A program made the position numbers and the translations under genes. DNA of 64,000 nt from an uncultured virus (IMG/VR IMGVR_UViG_3300033127_000053) (Duplodnaviria; Heunggongvirae; Uroviricota; Caudoviricetes): IMG/VR virus record IMGVR_UViG_3300033127_000053. One strand, 5' to 3'. Shown one piece after another: positions 17,798 through 27,775 of the stretch; the first letter of the stretch is position 1; each line of letters begins with the position of its first letter. The notes below the pieces were generated by a model. That model searched no databases. It was not told the origin of the DNA and saw nothing but the letters and a program-made list of their open reading frames with translations.

Positions 17798-20320
17798 TTA
17801 AATGTTGGCGTTGGCTATTCGTGAAAGTGTAACAGGCTCTGTTTTTGGATCGATAAATGCGATTGCACCATCGACACCGGCGAACCCGCCGATAACAGTA
17901 TGTGATTCCTGCAAGACGTACCCCGTTCCTTCATCTTTCAGCAGCGTCATTACAATATCAGCGCCCGAGCGAGCCAGTGTCATTTGATAATCACCACCGT
18001 TTTCCATCGACTCGCTGTAGGTCTTGATGTTGACGTTTCCCTGATAGAAAGAATTCCAAATAGTCGCCAATGAGTGTTGCCCCGCCGATAGCCAAACCGT
18101 CGGTTCAATTGACACACCGGCTGCACTTTGCGACTGAATACCCTTGAAGAAGAAATGCACAGGGTAAGTCCATTCAATAACCGGGCCGCGTAGCGCCGCA
18201 TCTTCCCACTGGGGATTGTTTGTAACAGTCGTCGTCACCGTGACCCCATCAGCGCCAAACGTAGCTGTGGCATCGTCTAACGTCCACCCCGTAGGAAGCG
18301 CGCTTAACGACGTGAAATCAACGTCAAATGTTGGCGGTGGCGGCGGCGCGGGGTCAACTAGCGTTGGTGTGACAACCTCCATTCGCTCTAAGTACAGCTC
18401 GCCGACGGCCTGATAATTAGCCGCGCTGAAGTGCAAATTATCAGCGAGCGTTGGGAAACTATCGACATCGATCAGCGTGTCTGCAAGCGCCGATTGCGCG
18501 GCCCGAATAGTGGCCACCGCCGCAGCGTCCGCGCCGGGTGTGTCCGTATGGATCTGCGTGATGTACTTGGTCGCCGTCACGCCCATCGCCGTGTCAACGT
18601 CGGCCAGCAAGCCGGTAAGCTGTGCCTGATAAGCGCTAGCGTGTGCCGATGATTCGGCGTCTTTCTCACCTTGCCACCAACTAAAGCCCGCGATGTAATA
18701 GTCGTCATAGGGCGCGGCATTCAACGCGGCGATCGCTCCCGTGATTTCGCTAATTAGCGCTACCCTATCGGCGTTGCCATCACCAAACGCGCCCGATCCG
18801 CCTTGGAATCCGACACCACCGCGCCCATGTTCGGCGAGGTATAACGTTAGATCTGGATACTTATCCTCAAAGGCCAACACGAGCCCTAGCGTCGGACTCA
18901 TGGGCGTTACGTAACCGTTAGAATCCGGCGTGTAGAGCACAAACGCGGATCCGTCCCACACCTGAGTTTTAGTCGGCAACGGCCCGGCGTAAGCCGTTCC
19001 GATTGGGTGACCGCGCCAGTTAGATTGACCACTTAAGGCCATGAATATTTTGGCGCCGGCCGCGAGTCCGTCATAAGCTGTTGGTGGCGGCTCGGTAATG
19101 GTGACCCCAATTTGCTCGGAATCCGAGCCGCCTGTATTGACCGCAGTTAGGGTAATGGTCGTGCTCGCTTCTTGTGTGACCGCGCCTGTAATTTCGCCGG
19201 TAACAGCATTAACCGACCACCCCGAAGGCAAGCCGGTCGCGCTCCATGAATCGGCGCTTCCACTGGTTAAAACGGGTGTGATAGACACGACAGGGTCGCC
19301 GATTTCTAACGTCAGATCGGCAATAGCTTGAATCACCGGCGGCGTCGCGGGCACTTCTGCATTCAACGTGAAGGTTTCCGTATCAGTACCAGCGGCGTTG
19401 CTAGCAGTAACCGTGACCGACGCTGACACAGGCGTTCCGGTAGAGCCCGTAATCTCGCCGGTGCTTGAATTGATCGAGAACCCCGCAGGTAAGCCGGTCG
19501 CGCTCCACGTGTCGACCGATCCGCCCGTGCTGGTTGGTTGTATTGAGAAATCTGGCCCGCCGATGATGTAAACCTGCTCGCCAATCGAGCCGATAACAGG
19601 CACGTCGGGCGCGGCGGGTTCAATGGTGAGCGTGAAGGTTTCAGTATCACTACCTGCGCTGTTAACTGCGGTGATGACGATTGACCTTGTCGTCACTTCT
19701 TGCGTGACCGGGCCAGTTATTCTACCCGTGCTCGTATTGATTCCCCAGGCCGCAGGTAATCCGGTCGCGCTCCATGATGTCGCGGGAGAACCGCTTGATA
19801 ACGTCGGTTGCAGCGAGAATGAAGGGTCGCCGACGTTCAAAATAATATTATTTATATTCGCGATCGTAGGCGGAATAATCACCGCCTGTTCAATCGTGAC
19901 GTCGAACCTTTCGGTATCTTCGCCGCCGCCATTTACCGCACGTAAAACAATGCTAGCCGTTAGCTCAGTGTCGGTCGGGCCGCTGATGCGACCGGTGTTT
20001 GTATTGATTGCCCAATCATCAGGTAACCCTACCGCCGACCACACAGCCGCCGCGCCCTGTGCGAGTGTCGGCGTTAGGGTAAAGGTGCCACTATTTAGGG
20101 TGATGGTTTGGTCGGATATTGCGCTGATAATCGGGCCGATCTCGCCTGTGGCACTAGGCGCGACGATTTGATTTTTCGACAATAGCCGCGCCGCGTATGG
20201 CGTCTCAGCGTCTAGCGTGACGTTTCGGCCCGGCCAAAGCATCTTATAAAACCGTGTGCCGCTGTCGTCGTCGGCGATGAACGTAACAGGCCCTAAGTAT
20301 TTATATAAAGCGGTTGCCAT
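17798..20320 (-). CDS. Ig-repeat appendage with SGNH (SASA/CE6-like) acetylesterase
   Basis: four WSATGLPxGxxINxxTGxITG putative-Ig repeats; GQSN, WWQGEKD and DNLH catalytic blocks. Confidence 0.85.
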   Translation of the reverse strand: MATALYKYLGPVTFIADDDSGTRFYKMLWPGRNVTLDAETPYAARLLSKNQIVAPSATGEIGPIISAISDQTITLNSGTFTLTPTLAQGAAAVWSAVGLPDDWAINTNTGRISGPTDTELTASIVLRAVNGGGEDTERFDVTIEQAVIIPPTIANINNIILNVGDPSFSLQPTLSSGSPATSWSATGLPAAWGINTSTGRITGPVTQEVTTRSIVITAVNSAGSDTETFTLTIEPAAPDVPVIGSIGEQVYIIGGPDFSIQPTSTGGSVDTWSATGLPAGFSINSSTGEITGSTGTPVSASVTVTASNAAGTDTETFTLNAEVPATPPVIQAIADLTLEIGDPVVSITPVLTSGSADSWSATGLPSGWSVNAVTGEITGAVTQEASTTITLTAVNTGGSDSEQIGVTITEPPPTAYDGLAAGAKIFMALSGQSNWRGHPIGTAYAGPLPTKTQVWDGSAFVLYTPDSNGYVTPMSPTLGLVLAFEDKYPDLTLYLAEHGRGGVGFQGGSGAFGDGNADRVALISEITGAIAALNAAPYDDYYIAGFSWWQGEKDAESSAHASAYQAQLTGLLADVDTAMGVTATKYITQIHTDTPGADAAAVATIRAAQSALADTLIDVDSFPTLADNLHFSAANYQAVGELYLERMEVVTPTLVDPAPPPPPTFDVDFTSLSALPTGWTLDDATATFGADGVTVTTTVTNNPQWEDAALRGPVIEWTYPVHFFFKGIQSQSAAGVSIEPTVWLSAGQHSLATIWNSFYQGNVNIKTYSESMENGGDYQMTLARSGADIVMTLLKDEGTGYVLQESHTVIGGFAGVDGAIAFIDPKTEPVTLSRIANANI

Positions 20321-20323
20321 AGA

Positions 20324-22846
20324 TTACACGCGGGTGATGATTAGCTTAGAAAAAGAAAGAATGTCGATTTGTTCACCGGGCTGATAAGTGGCCACCGTCG
20401 GCGCGGGTAAATCAGCCGGATCAACGGTGTCAGTCCACCCGGCGTTACGGTGGATTTCCGCTTGCCATTCAGACCCATCAATAGGCAGCGTCAACGTTTT
20501 GGTCGCCGTGGTCGCGTTAATAGCTGATATCCGGTTATCGATCCGCCATGCAATAAACGCCGATCCGATTTCGTCGACCAACAATTGACCCGTGCCGCCA
20601 TTAATCAGCGCCGACGTCATCGAGAGCACATGGCCCGTCATTGTCAGCGCTAACGGCGTTGCGATACCGTCTTCAAACGGCACGTCGTCGACGCCTCGTT
20701 TAGCCGGATTGATAGCCGTGCCCGCTTCGTTGTAAATCATTCCCCATTGAGCGTTGCCCATGAGCATGTGCAAAAACATGCCATCAGAGCGAGGATCTTT
20801 TAAAAGAATGTGGATCTGAATATCGAGCATGAGCGCGTGTAACCACGTTTGCCCGAGCACTGTAAACACCGTTTGCGCCGGGTCATCCAAGATATTTAAC
20901 TCGGTATAGGAAATGGTTTTACCCTTAGGCAACCAATCGCCCGCGCCCGCAATGATTTCTCTAAACCTCTGAATACCAGCGACGGCAATCGCACCCGCGC
21001 GCGCCTCATTGCCGACGTCGGTTTTTTGCACGCCAATATCAGTCGTTTTGTAATACGGGTGATTAGTATGACCGGCTACCCTATCAAACGTCCCGTTTAG
21101 ATAGGCGTATTGATTCCAATTGTCACCCCGTGGGCCATGACCTGCCGTCGTTGAATCACCCGTTAACCATACGGGTATCGATGGAAACTCAGTGTTAAAC
21201 CTATCGATCCAACGATTAGCCCGCTCGAAGTAATGGTTAAGGTCAGAGTAGAGCTGTCTGAAATAATAATCGCTATCACTTTCGCCGTCTAACTGTGGGA
21301 GCACTACCGCCGACGTTTCACCTACTGCTGTCGAGTAGATGTAATTGTCTATCTCAAAATAGTGCTCATTACCATACTCAAAAGCTGAAATATTTAAACC
21401 AGCGGCGATCGCATCTTTGGCAAATTGAACCTGAATATCTAGCCCCGACGTAACGCAGTTGATCACCCAAACGACCTTTTTACCCGCCGCAAGACGCACA
21501 AGATCTGCTAGGGCATATTGTTTTTGCAAATTAAATTGCAGCCCCAAAGGCATCGGGTCAGGTGTCCGATTAACGCCGGGCGCGTCACGTCGACCATCAG
21601 CCGCCGGATCGGCGTTGCCGTTAGGCGCAGGGTCACCAATCAGACCGCCGATATTCGAGCCGAAAGCATTCGGATCGTAATAGGTGCTCGTGTCCCCGCC
21701 GGGGAACCGATGCCAGAACACACCGGCCTGATTAACCCGCGTGCGCATCGTGGCCATGTCGAAGGACTCATCAAGACCACTAAACGGAATAAGGTTTGAG
21801 TTCGTGCGGATAAACTCTGTAGGTATCTGCGCCTGCATGAGGTAGTCGTCGTCACCTATGGTCGCAGTAGTTTCACTTAGGATGATGGTGCCGCCAAGCA
21901 CACCGACGTATATCCGTGTGCCGTCGGCCATATTCGGTTGCACGCCTAAACTCAGCTCGCGTGTAAGCGCGCCGTTAGAGTAAAGGGAGATTTCCACAGA
22001 CGACGCGCCGCTGTGGAAAACGAACTTTATCCGAGAGGCTACATTGCCTAAAAAACCAGTGTCCTCAGCCAATAAGACAGGCTTGCGTCCGTTGTGGAGA
22101 TTGCCGCCCCAAACGTAAGATCCGAGCTGTGAAAAGTCGCCCCATAGCCCCGGCTCTGAAAGACCGACGACGATAGAACCCGAGCCCTGAAAATCGATCA
22201 CGATTTCCTGGTTATCCTGCGGGATGAACTCGGGCGACACGATATAGCGATCAAGCCATGACGACGAGCCGCCGGGCAAGGTCACGCCGTCAGCGTCAAA
22301 CGTTAGCGTCGCTCCCTGCGTTTCCCATCCTGCGGGGAGCGCGTTAAGCGTGCGGAAATTATGGGTAAGCGCTGCTAGGGGCGTGTTGGATGGCAACGGT
22401 AAGATCTCTACGTTGAAAGTAACCGACGATGACCCACCGTCATTAGTCGCGGTGACGCTAAATTGATATGCCCCGCGAGTCGTCGGCGCTGTGCCTATAA
22501 TCCGCCCAAACTGGTTAATACTCCATCCCGCAGGTAGCCCCGCAGTGTTGTAAATAACGCCTTCGACGCCACCGTTATTGATCACCTGAAGGTTAACCGG
22601 CGCGCCCGCGTCTATTTCGATGTTGTCGACGGGCATCTCTAACCGTGGCGGTAGGACAATCGTCGACGTTTTAAGTCGTTGCTCGCCGTCTTGGCCCTGT
22701 GACCAACGGTCGACCCACGGCATAGACTCGGGCAATTCTACCAATCGTTGTGGCCAGCACTGGCGATAAGTTAGCCGCGTTCCTGAGCCCGTTTCATCAA
22801 CGGTAAGAAATGTCGGTGGGCCTTCGTAAAAAAACGTTTTTGTCAT
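20324..22846 (-). CDS. Ig-domain appendage with clan GH-A glycoside hydrolase (GH79/GH51-like)
   Basis: one Ig repeat; RFPGG, EYGNE (acid/base), HPY and TELN (nucleophile) motifs. Confidence 0.8.
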   Translation of the reverse strand: MTKTFFYEGPPTFLTVDETGSGTRLTYRQCWPQRLVELPESMPWVDRWSQGQDGEQRLKTSTIVLPPRLEMPVDNIEIDAGAPVNLQVINNGGVEGVIYNTAGLPAGWSINQFGRIIGTAPTTRGAYQFSVTATNDGGSSSVTFNVEILPLPSNTPLAALTHNFRTLNALPAGWETQGATLTFDADGVTLPGGSSSWLDRYIVSPEFIPQDNQEIVIDFQGSGSIVVGLSEPGLWGDFSQLGSYVWGGNLHNGRKPVLLAEDTGFLGNVASRIKFVFHSGASSVEISLYSNGALTRELSLGVQPNMADGTRIYVGVLGGTIILSETTATIGDDDYLMQAQIPTEFIRTNSNLIPFSGLDESFDMATMRTRVNQAGVFWHRFPGGDTSTYYDPNAFGSNIGGLIGDPAPNGNADPAADGRRDAPGVNRTPDPMPLGLQFNLQKQYALADLVRLAAGKKVVWVINCVTSGLDIQVQFAKDAIAAGLNISAFEYGNEHYFEIDNYIYSTAVGETSAVVLPQLDGESDSDYYFRQLYSDLNHYFERANRWIDRFNTEFPSIPVWLTGDSTTAGHGPRGDNWNQYAYLNGTFDRVAGHTNHPYYKTTDIGVQKTDVGNEARAGAIAVAGIQRFREIIAGAGDWLPKGKTISYTELNILDDPAQTVFTVLGQTWLHALMLDIQIHILLKDPRSDGMFLHMLMGNAQWGMIYNEAGTAINPAKRGVDDVPFEDGIATPLALTMTGHVLSMTSALINGGTGQLLVDEIGSAFIAWRIDNRISAINATTATKTLTLPIDGSEWQAEIHRNAGWTDTVDPADLPAPTVATYQPGEQIDILSFSKLIITRV

Positions 22847-22851
22847 AGGGG

Positions 22852-24669
22852 TTAAACGGCTACGGGTTCGCGGCGGGTGGGTGTGTTTACATCAGGTTGG
22901 CCGTCTGCACCAACCGTTCTAAACGCGAATAGAGATGACGTTTCATCGTCGTCTAGCACTGTGGTCACAGCGGTCGTTCGGTTCTTAGTGGCGAGGTTAG
23001 TTTCAGCTTTGCGCGCAATCGCCGCATCGGCTGCAATGGTCGTAAGCACTGGGTTAAGTTCAGTGCTCACAGCCTGCGCAATACCCGAAACAGACAGGCT
23101 ATTGCCGTCTGTGCCCGTGCCAGCAAGCCCTGTCCAGTTGCCCGGCTGATCGCCGTGGTCAATAACGATTTGCGCGCCCGCTGCGACCGCTTGTTCGATA
23201 GCTGATAACGGGTTATTCGTCGGAATGGCTGCGAGCTGCGTCGCTTGCTGCATAGTAAGCCCGAATTGAGCTGACGCAAGCGTCGTGCTAATCGTGCCGA
23301 CCTGTGTAGATAACCCGGATATGTCCGCTTTGAATTGATCAAGCGAGGTGATCGTCGTGCCACCGACAGCCGCAACATTAACTGTCTGATTAGCCGGGTC
23401 AAACGTGCTCAGATTTGACGTGTCAATCGCGTCGACAGCCGCTTGCACGTTGGCGACGGCAGTCGTCACCGGCGTTAAGTCGGTCGCCGGGGTCACGGTT
23501 GTCGGCAGTGCATTAACTGAGGTTTGCAAGTTGGTGAGCGCAGTTGTTACAGGCGTTAAGTTGGTCGCCGGTGTCACGGTTGTAGGCAATGCGTCGACCG
23601 TCGTTTGCACGTCGGCGATATCACTAATGGCTGTGCCAACGTCGGTTTTCACGTCGGCGATCGCAGCGGTAACCGGCGATAAATCCACCGTGCCACCCGT
23701 GCCGCCGCCGGTAATCGTCGCCGTAATCCAAGCAGCGTCACCACGATTAATGATCGCGGCTTGAGAGTTCGCGACCTGTGTCGCCGTGGCTAGTCCAGTA
23801 AATTGGCTAGCTAGCGCGACGCCTGTGAGGTCTGCGGTTTCCCAGTTAGCGCCCTCAGCAAGGATAGCCGTCTGCACTGCTTGAACCTGCGCCGGTGTGG
23901 CGAACCCGGTAAGCTCAGCAGTCTTAGCAACGCCTGTGAGATCGGCGGTTTCCCAGTTCGCGCCCTCGTTAATAATGGCCGTCTGTGCTGCGGTCACGTT
24001 CGCCGCAGTGGCAAGGGATGAAAGATCGGTGGTCCTAGCAATGCCGGTAAGATCGGCGGTTTCCCAGTTAGCGCCCTCAGCAAGGATAGCCGTCTGCACT
24101 GCGGCGACATTCGCCGATGTCGCGAGGTTGGCGAGCGATGTCGTTTTCGCAACGGGTGTTAAATCGGCGGTTTCCCAGTTAACGCCCTCGGCAAGGATAG
24201 CCGCCTGCACTGCGTTTAACTGCGCCGTGGTGGCAATGCCTGTGAGATCAACCGTGCCACCGCCGCCCGAGCCCGTGATCCAAGCGATGTCACCACGATC
24301 AATAATCGCCGTTTGAGCTGCGGTGACGTTCGCTGCTGTGGCGAGTGCTGAAAGCTCTGTCGTCTTAGCTACGGTGTTTGTTATCAGCGTTTGTATCGCC
24401 TTTGATAGCGTGTTTAACGCGCCGTCTGTAACCTCAGCGCCATCTTGCCAGAAGTATAAACGCGAGGCGATAAACGCGCCGTCGTCGTCGACAACTGCGT
24501 CATATACGCCATCGTCGGGTAATTCTGTGGTAGTCGGCTGATACGAATATGACCCACTTCGACCTTCGACAAGTGTATGCGGACCTGTTACGACCGTCGA
24601 CGACCCACGGCTATAAAACCTAACAACAATCGTTGTAACTCCCGTTGGCGCATTTTCTACTTGAATCAT
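22852..24669 (-). CDS. fibre-like protein with internal repeats
   Basis: tandem repeats of about 37 aa (WETADLTG..LAT.A.V.A.QTAILAEGAN) and PTTVTPATxLTPV repeats. Confidence 0.75.
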   Translation of the reverse strand: MIQVENAPTGVTTIVVRFYSRGSSTVVTGPHTLVEGRSGSYSYQPTTTELPDDGVYDAVVDDDGAFIASRLYFWQDGAEVTDGALNTLSKAIQTLITNTVAKTTELSALATAANVTAAQTAIIDRGDIAWITGSGGGGTVDLTGIATTAQLNAVQAAILAEGVNWETADLTPVAKTTSLANLATSANVAAVQTAILAEGANWETADLTGIARTTDLSSLATAANVTAAQTAIINEGANWETADLTGVAKTAELTGFATPAQVQAVQTAILAEGANWETADLTGVALASQFTGLATATQVANSQAAIINRGDAAWITATITGGGTGGTVDLSPVTAAIADVKTDVGTAISDIADVQTTVDALPTTVTPATNLTPVTTALTNLQTSVNALPTTVTPATDLTPVTTAVANVQAAVDAIDTSNLSTFDPANQTVNVAAVGGTTITSLDQFKADISGLSTQVGTISTTLASAQFGLTMQQATQLAAIPTNNPLSAIEQAVAAGAQIVIDHGDQPGNWTGLAGTGTDGNSLSVSGIAQAVSTELNPVLTTIAADAAIARKAETNLATKNRTTAVTTVLDDDETSSLFAFRTVGADGQPDVNTPTRREPVAV

Positions 24670-24704
24670 GATGGTTAAGTTAGTGAAAATATACAGTAGC
24701 TAGA

Positions 24705-25844
24705 CTAGGTTGCCGGGTCGCGTCCGCCATCGTTAATCGTCCACCCGGCGTTAGCTATTACCTGATTTCTCGCGGTTTCACCAGCGGCGTTATACTGCGA
24801 TGTGCCCGCGTCAAATCTTTCGCCGGATACTAACGTCTGAGCCGCCAACGAGATCAACAAATTAGAATATGTTTCGGTAGTCAGCTTGGTGCTAAGGAAC
24901 ATATTCGTCACATTATTCGCTTTAGAGAAATCGCATTGTGATAAGTCGAACGTCACCTCGTTACCCAGTGAGCGACCAATGCTCGAAAAGTTGGTGACAT
25001 TGGGTGTGTCCCATTGCATCGGAAAATTGAAATTAATCAAAGGCGCTTGATAGCAGACCGATGAAAGGTTCGTGCACTTTGGCATTGTCCACTGATCGAT
25101 TCTTGACGTCAGCGACGAACACTGTCGCAAAATATTACTAAGAGACGTAGCATTAGGAAATCTCCAACCGCTTATATCAGCATTCCAATTGGTGCAGCCG
25201 CGCATTAATTGAAACGCTGATGTGCATCCATCCATGTTCCAATTCCCCAGACCTTTGGTCATGCCGGTGCAGTTACGGAATGCATTCGAATAAGATGTGT
25301 TACTGGCGAGCGTGGGTTCGTCAGTCGCTTCCATCTCCATATTGAAACACCCATAAAAGGCGTAAAACATGGAGTTAAGACGAACGCGGCCCCACTGATC
25401 AATCGATGTCAACTTGCGGCGATCGCCCGTGTTAGCAAAGTTGAAATTGAAACGATAGGAAGCCTCGTAAGGGAGTCTTATTTGGTATTCGCCGCCGCTA
25501 GGGTAGACATGGGTAAGTGTTTGCACGGTCGGGTTAGACGTTATATCAAACGCTTCAGACGTGCCGTCGCCCCATTCGATTACCCCGTTAACTGACTTAT
25601 TTTCTCGAAAACGATGAACATAAGTGACATTGTCAGAACTTTCGGCGTTACCCGTTCCTCTAGTCGTATCAATAGTGAACTTAAGCGAGTCCGGATCCGG
25701 GTTAACGGGCTCATCAGTCGCAGTAGCCAAGGCATAGTTAATAGGCCCAAGCCCAGACAAGCCAGGCTTAGCGTAATTAATGGGCCCATTTTTGCCCCCA
25801 CGATCGACAGATGTATCAGGGGAATAGACGATAGTTGACACCAC
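24705..25844 (-). CDS. PKD + BspA/DUF285-like repeat surface protein
   Basis: IEWGDG PKD-like motif, SIDQWG, WNMD/WDTPNVTNF repeats, GWTINDGG C-terminus. Confidence 0.8.
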   Translation of the reverse strand: MVSTIVYSPDTSVDRGGKNGPINYAKPGLSGLGPINYALATATDEPVNPDPDSLKFTIDTTRGTGNAESSDNVTYVHRFRENKSVNGVIEWGDGTSEAFDITSNPTVQTLTHVYPSGGEYQIRLPYEASYRFNFNFANTGDRRKLTSIDQWGRVRLNSMFYAFYGCFNMEMEATDEPTLASNTSYSNAFRNCTGMTKGLGNWNMDGCTSAFQLMRGCTNWNADISGWRFPNATSLSNILRQCSSLTSRIDQWTMPKCTNLSSVCYQAPLINFNFPMQWDTPNVTNFSSIGRSLGNEVTFDLSQCDFSKANNVTNMFLSTKLTTETYSNLLISLAAQTLVSGERFDAGTSQYNAAGETARNQVIANAGWTINDGGRDPAT

Positions 25845-25855
25845 CCGCTAACCTC

Positions 25856-27097
25856 CTACGCTTTCACATATGAAGCGCCAATCGGGCGGACGAATCCGAA
25901 CGCGGCGTCAAACACAAGCATAGGCGTGTCAATTTCAAGCATTGCGTCCGTTTCGGTGTAAGTGTCTATCAGCGTGCCATCTTCGTATAGCTGCAACGTC
26001 AGATCGTCACCGCTCTTAGTGAAGACCAATCGACCCGTCGATCCAACAGTGCCCGCGTGCTTATCAGAATATGTGGTCGCGCCGTAGTAGTAGCGCCCCG
26101 CCTGCGAGTTATACATCAGACCCTTATTAGCACCCGTCGATATCCAGTTAGCCGGGTTCTCATGCACGCCGCAAGCCTGAGAACTGCTGACCATCTCGAA
26201 CGTGATTTCGGCGGGGCCGGCGTCAAGGTTAATTTGAGGTGACGTAATATATTGAACACCCCAATTATTCGGATCGGCGGCGTCATCTTTGGCCACCTGT
26301 AGATAATTGGCGTTTTGCGTGTAGGCCACATTAACGCCGGTCCAATCGGCGGGAATAGTCGTCACGTTCTTGAAGTCGACCACATCGGGTGTAATAACCT
26401 CAGCAGCGATCGCAAGTTGAAGCGTTACTGAATTTTCACCGGCGCTGTTGGTGGCTGTGACTGTGATCGTAGTGTCGGCGACAATCTCAGTAAATTCGCC
26501 AGTGATTTCACCCGAGCTGCTATTAATTTGCCACCCCGTCGGGAATCCGGTTGCCGACCATGTCGCCGCTGTTGGATTGGCAAGCGTAGCCGTATAGGAG
26601 AAGTCGGCGTCGTTGACGTTGCCCGCAATGTCAGGAATTGGATTGATAACGGGCGGGACGACGACAGCAGCTAACACACCGAACCTAAACGAGCGTGATG
26701 AACGACCGCTCGTGTTCTCAGCGGAGATAGTGACATCCACAGGGGAAACTACCGCAGACGTCGATAACATTACCTCGCCGGTGTTAGGGTCAATCGTCGA
26801 CCCCGCAGGGAGCCCGGTAGATGACCATACGACCGACGTGTCGCCACCTAAGTTTTCGGGCGTGAATATTTTTACCGGGTCGCCGACTTGCAGCAATACA
26901 TCAGCGATAGGAGACAAACGCGGCGGTTCTACTGCTGACGTCGGCTCGATAGTGTTTCGACGAGATCCACGTAGAACCCAACCAAGCGTATCAGGCAAAT
27001 CGACGATTCGGTTAGTCCAAAGCTGTTTTGATTCAACGACGCCGTTTTCTTCGACGCCTAGAAAAGTTGGAGGTCCGTTGTATACGAAGGTGGGCAC
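25856..27097 (-). CDS. Ig-repeat appendage protein (non-catalytic paralog)
   Basis: shares the N-terminal module and Ig repeats with ORFs 17798 and 20324. Confidence 0.8.
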   Translation of the reverse strand: MPTFVYNGPPTFLGVEENGVVESKQLWTNRIVDLPDTLGWVLRGSRRNTIEPTSAVEPPRLSPIADVLLQVGDPVKIFTPENLGGDTSVVWSSTGLPAGSTIDPNTGEVMLSTSAVVSPVDVTISAENTSGRSSRSFRFGVLAAVVVPPVINPIPDIAGNVNDADFSYTATLANPTAATWSATGFPTGWQINSSSGEITGEFTEIVADTTITVTATNSAGENSVTLQLAIAAEVITPDVVDFKNVTTIPADWTGVNVAYTQNANYLQVAKDDAADPNNWGVQYITSPQINLDAGPAEITFEMVSSSQACGVHENPANWISTGANKGLMYNSQAGRYYYGATTYSDKHAGTVGSTGRLVFTKSGDDLTLQLYEDGTLIDTYTETDAMLEIDTPMLVFDAAFGFVRPIGASYVKA

Positions 27098-27489
27098 GTT
27101 AAAGGATCCTTTACTGGCAACGTTGCCTCTAAAATTCCCAACGAGTTTTTAACGTGCAGATAGAAATACTCTGTAGACCCTTTTGGAAAAATATCGACGT
27201 TATCGTTTACCCATGTAACAGCCACTTGCACAAGGATCACACCTGCGGGCAACACATCGGCTTCGGTTAGGCTAAACGTTACGACCCCATTAACCGCGTC
27301 TTTAATGCTCATATCGCGAGTGAAAAGCGCCTCGCCTTTATGCTTAAGTGATGCCTCGATCTTCTTCGTGTTCTCAAGTAAAACCGGCGTGTCGTCTGCA
27401 CGTGTCAGCGTGAAAATACCAACTTCCCCGACGTCACCTTGAGTGATTATCACATCGGGCGTTTGAGTTATAGATAGGGTTTTAAGCAT
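27058..27489 (-). CDS. BppU-like N-terminal domain protein
   Basis: likely start ATG 27489 (RBS AAGGAG); QGD...DAVNGVVTF...VQVAVTW...IFP pattern. Confidence 0.65.
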   Translation of the reverse strand: MLKTLSITQTPDVIITQGDVGEVGIFTLTRADDTPVLLENTKKIEASLKHKGEALFTRDMSIKDAVNGVVTFSLTEADVLPAGVILVQVAVTWVNDNVDIFPKGSTEYFYLHVKNSLGILEATLPVKDPLTCPPSYTTDLQLF

Positions 27490-27775
27490 TGATCTCCTTA
27501 GATAGTTGTCTAGGTTTCTTGATGACGCCGTCGACGAGCAGTGGATCGAAGGGTGCCATAACAGCCGACGCCATAGCACCCGCTAACTCATAGCCCAATA
27601 CTTGCTCATTAAGCAGGTGACCGTGCATATCAGGCGCGACAATTAACGCCGCTTCAATGTCAGCTTTCAGCGATAAATTAGTCGAAGCCACACGGTAGTT
27701 AGTCGCCGTCGTGCCGTCGCCGGTGATAGACACATAAGCAACACGGCCCTGTTGTTGTAGTCGGTATTTAATCAT
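27482..27775 (-). CDS. hypothetical protein coupled to MuF (candidate immunity protein)
   Basis: 97 aa, overlaps the MuF stop codon. Confidence 0.6.
   Translation of the reverse strand: MIKYRLQQQGRVAYVSITGDGTTATNYRVASTNLSLKADIEAALIVAPDMHGHLLNEQVLGYELAGAMASAVMAPFDPLLVDGVIKKPRQLSKEINA

Noticed and set aside
9159..26700. many + strand ORFs opposite structural genes
   Set aside because: Antisense shadows of Ala/Thr/Gly-rich genes with no RBS or motifs
17798..27097. diversity-generating retroelement acting on the Ig/lectin proteins
   Set aside because: No reverse transcriptase and no adenine-variant TR/VR pair seen in the window
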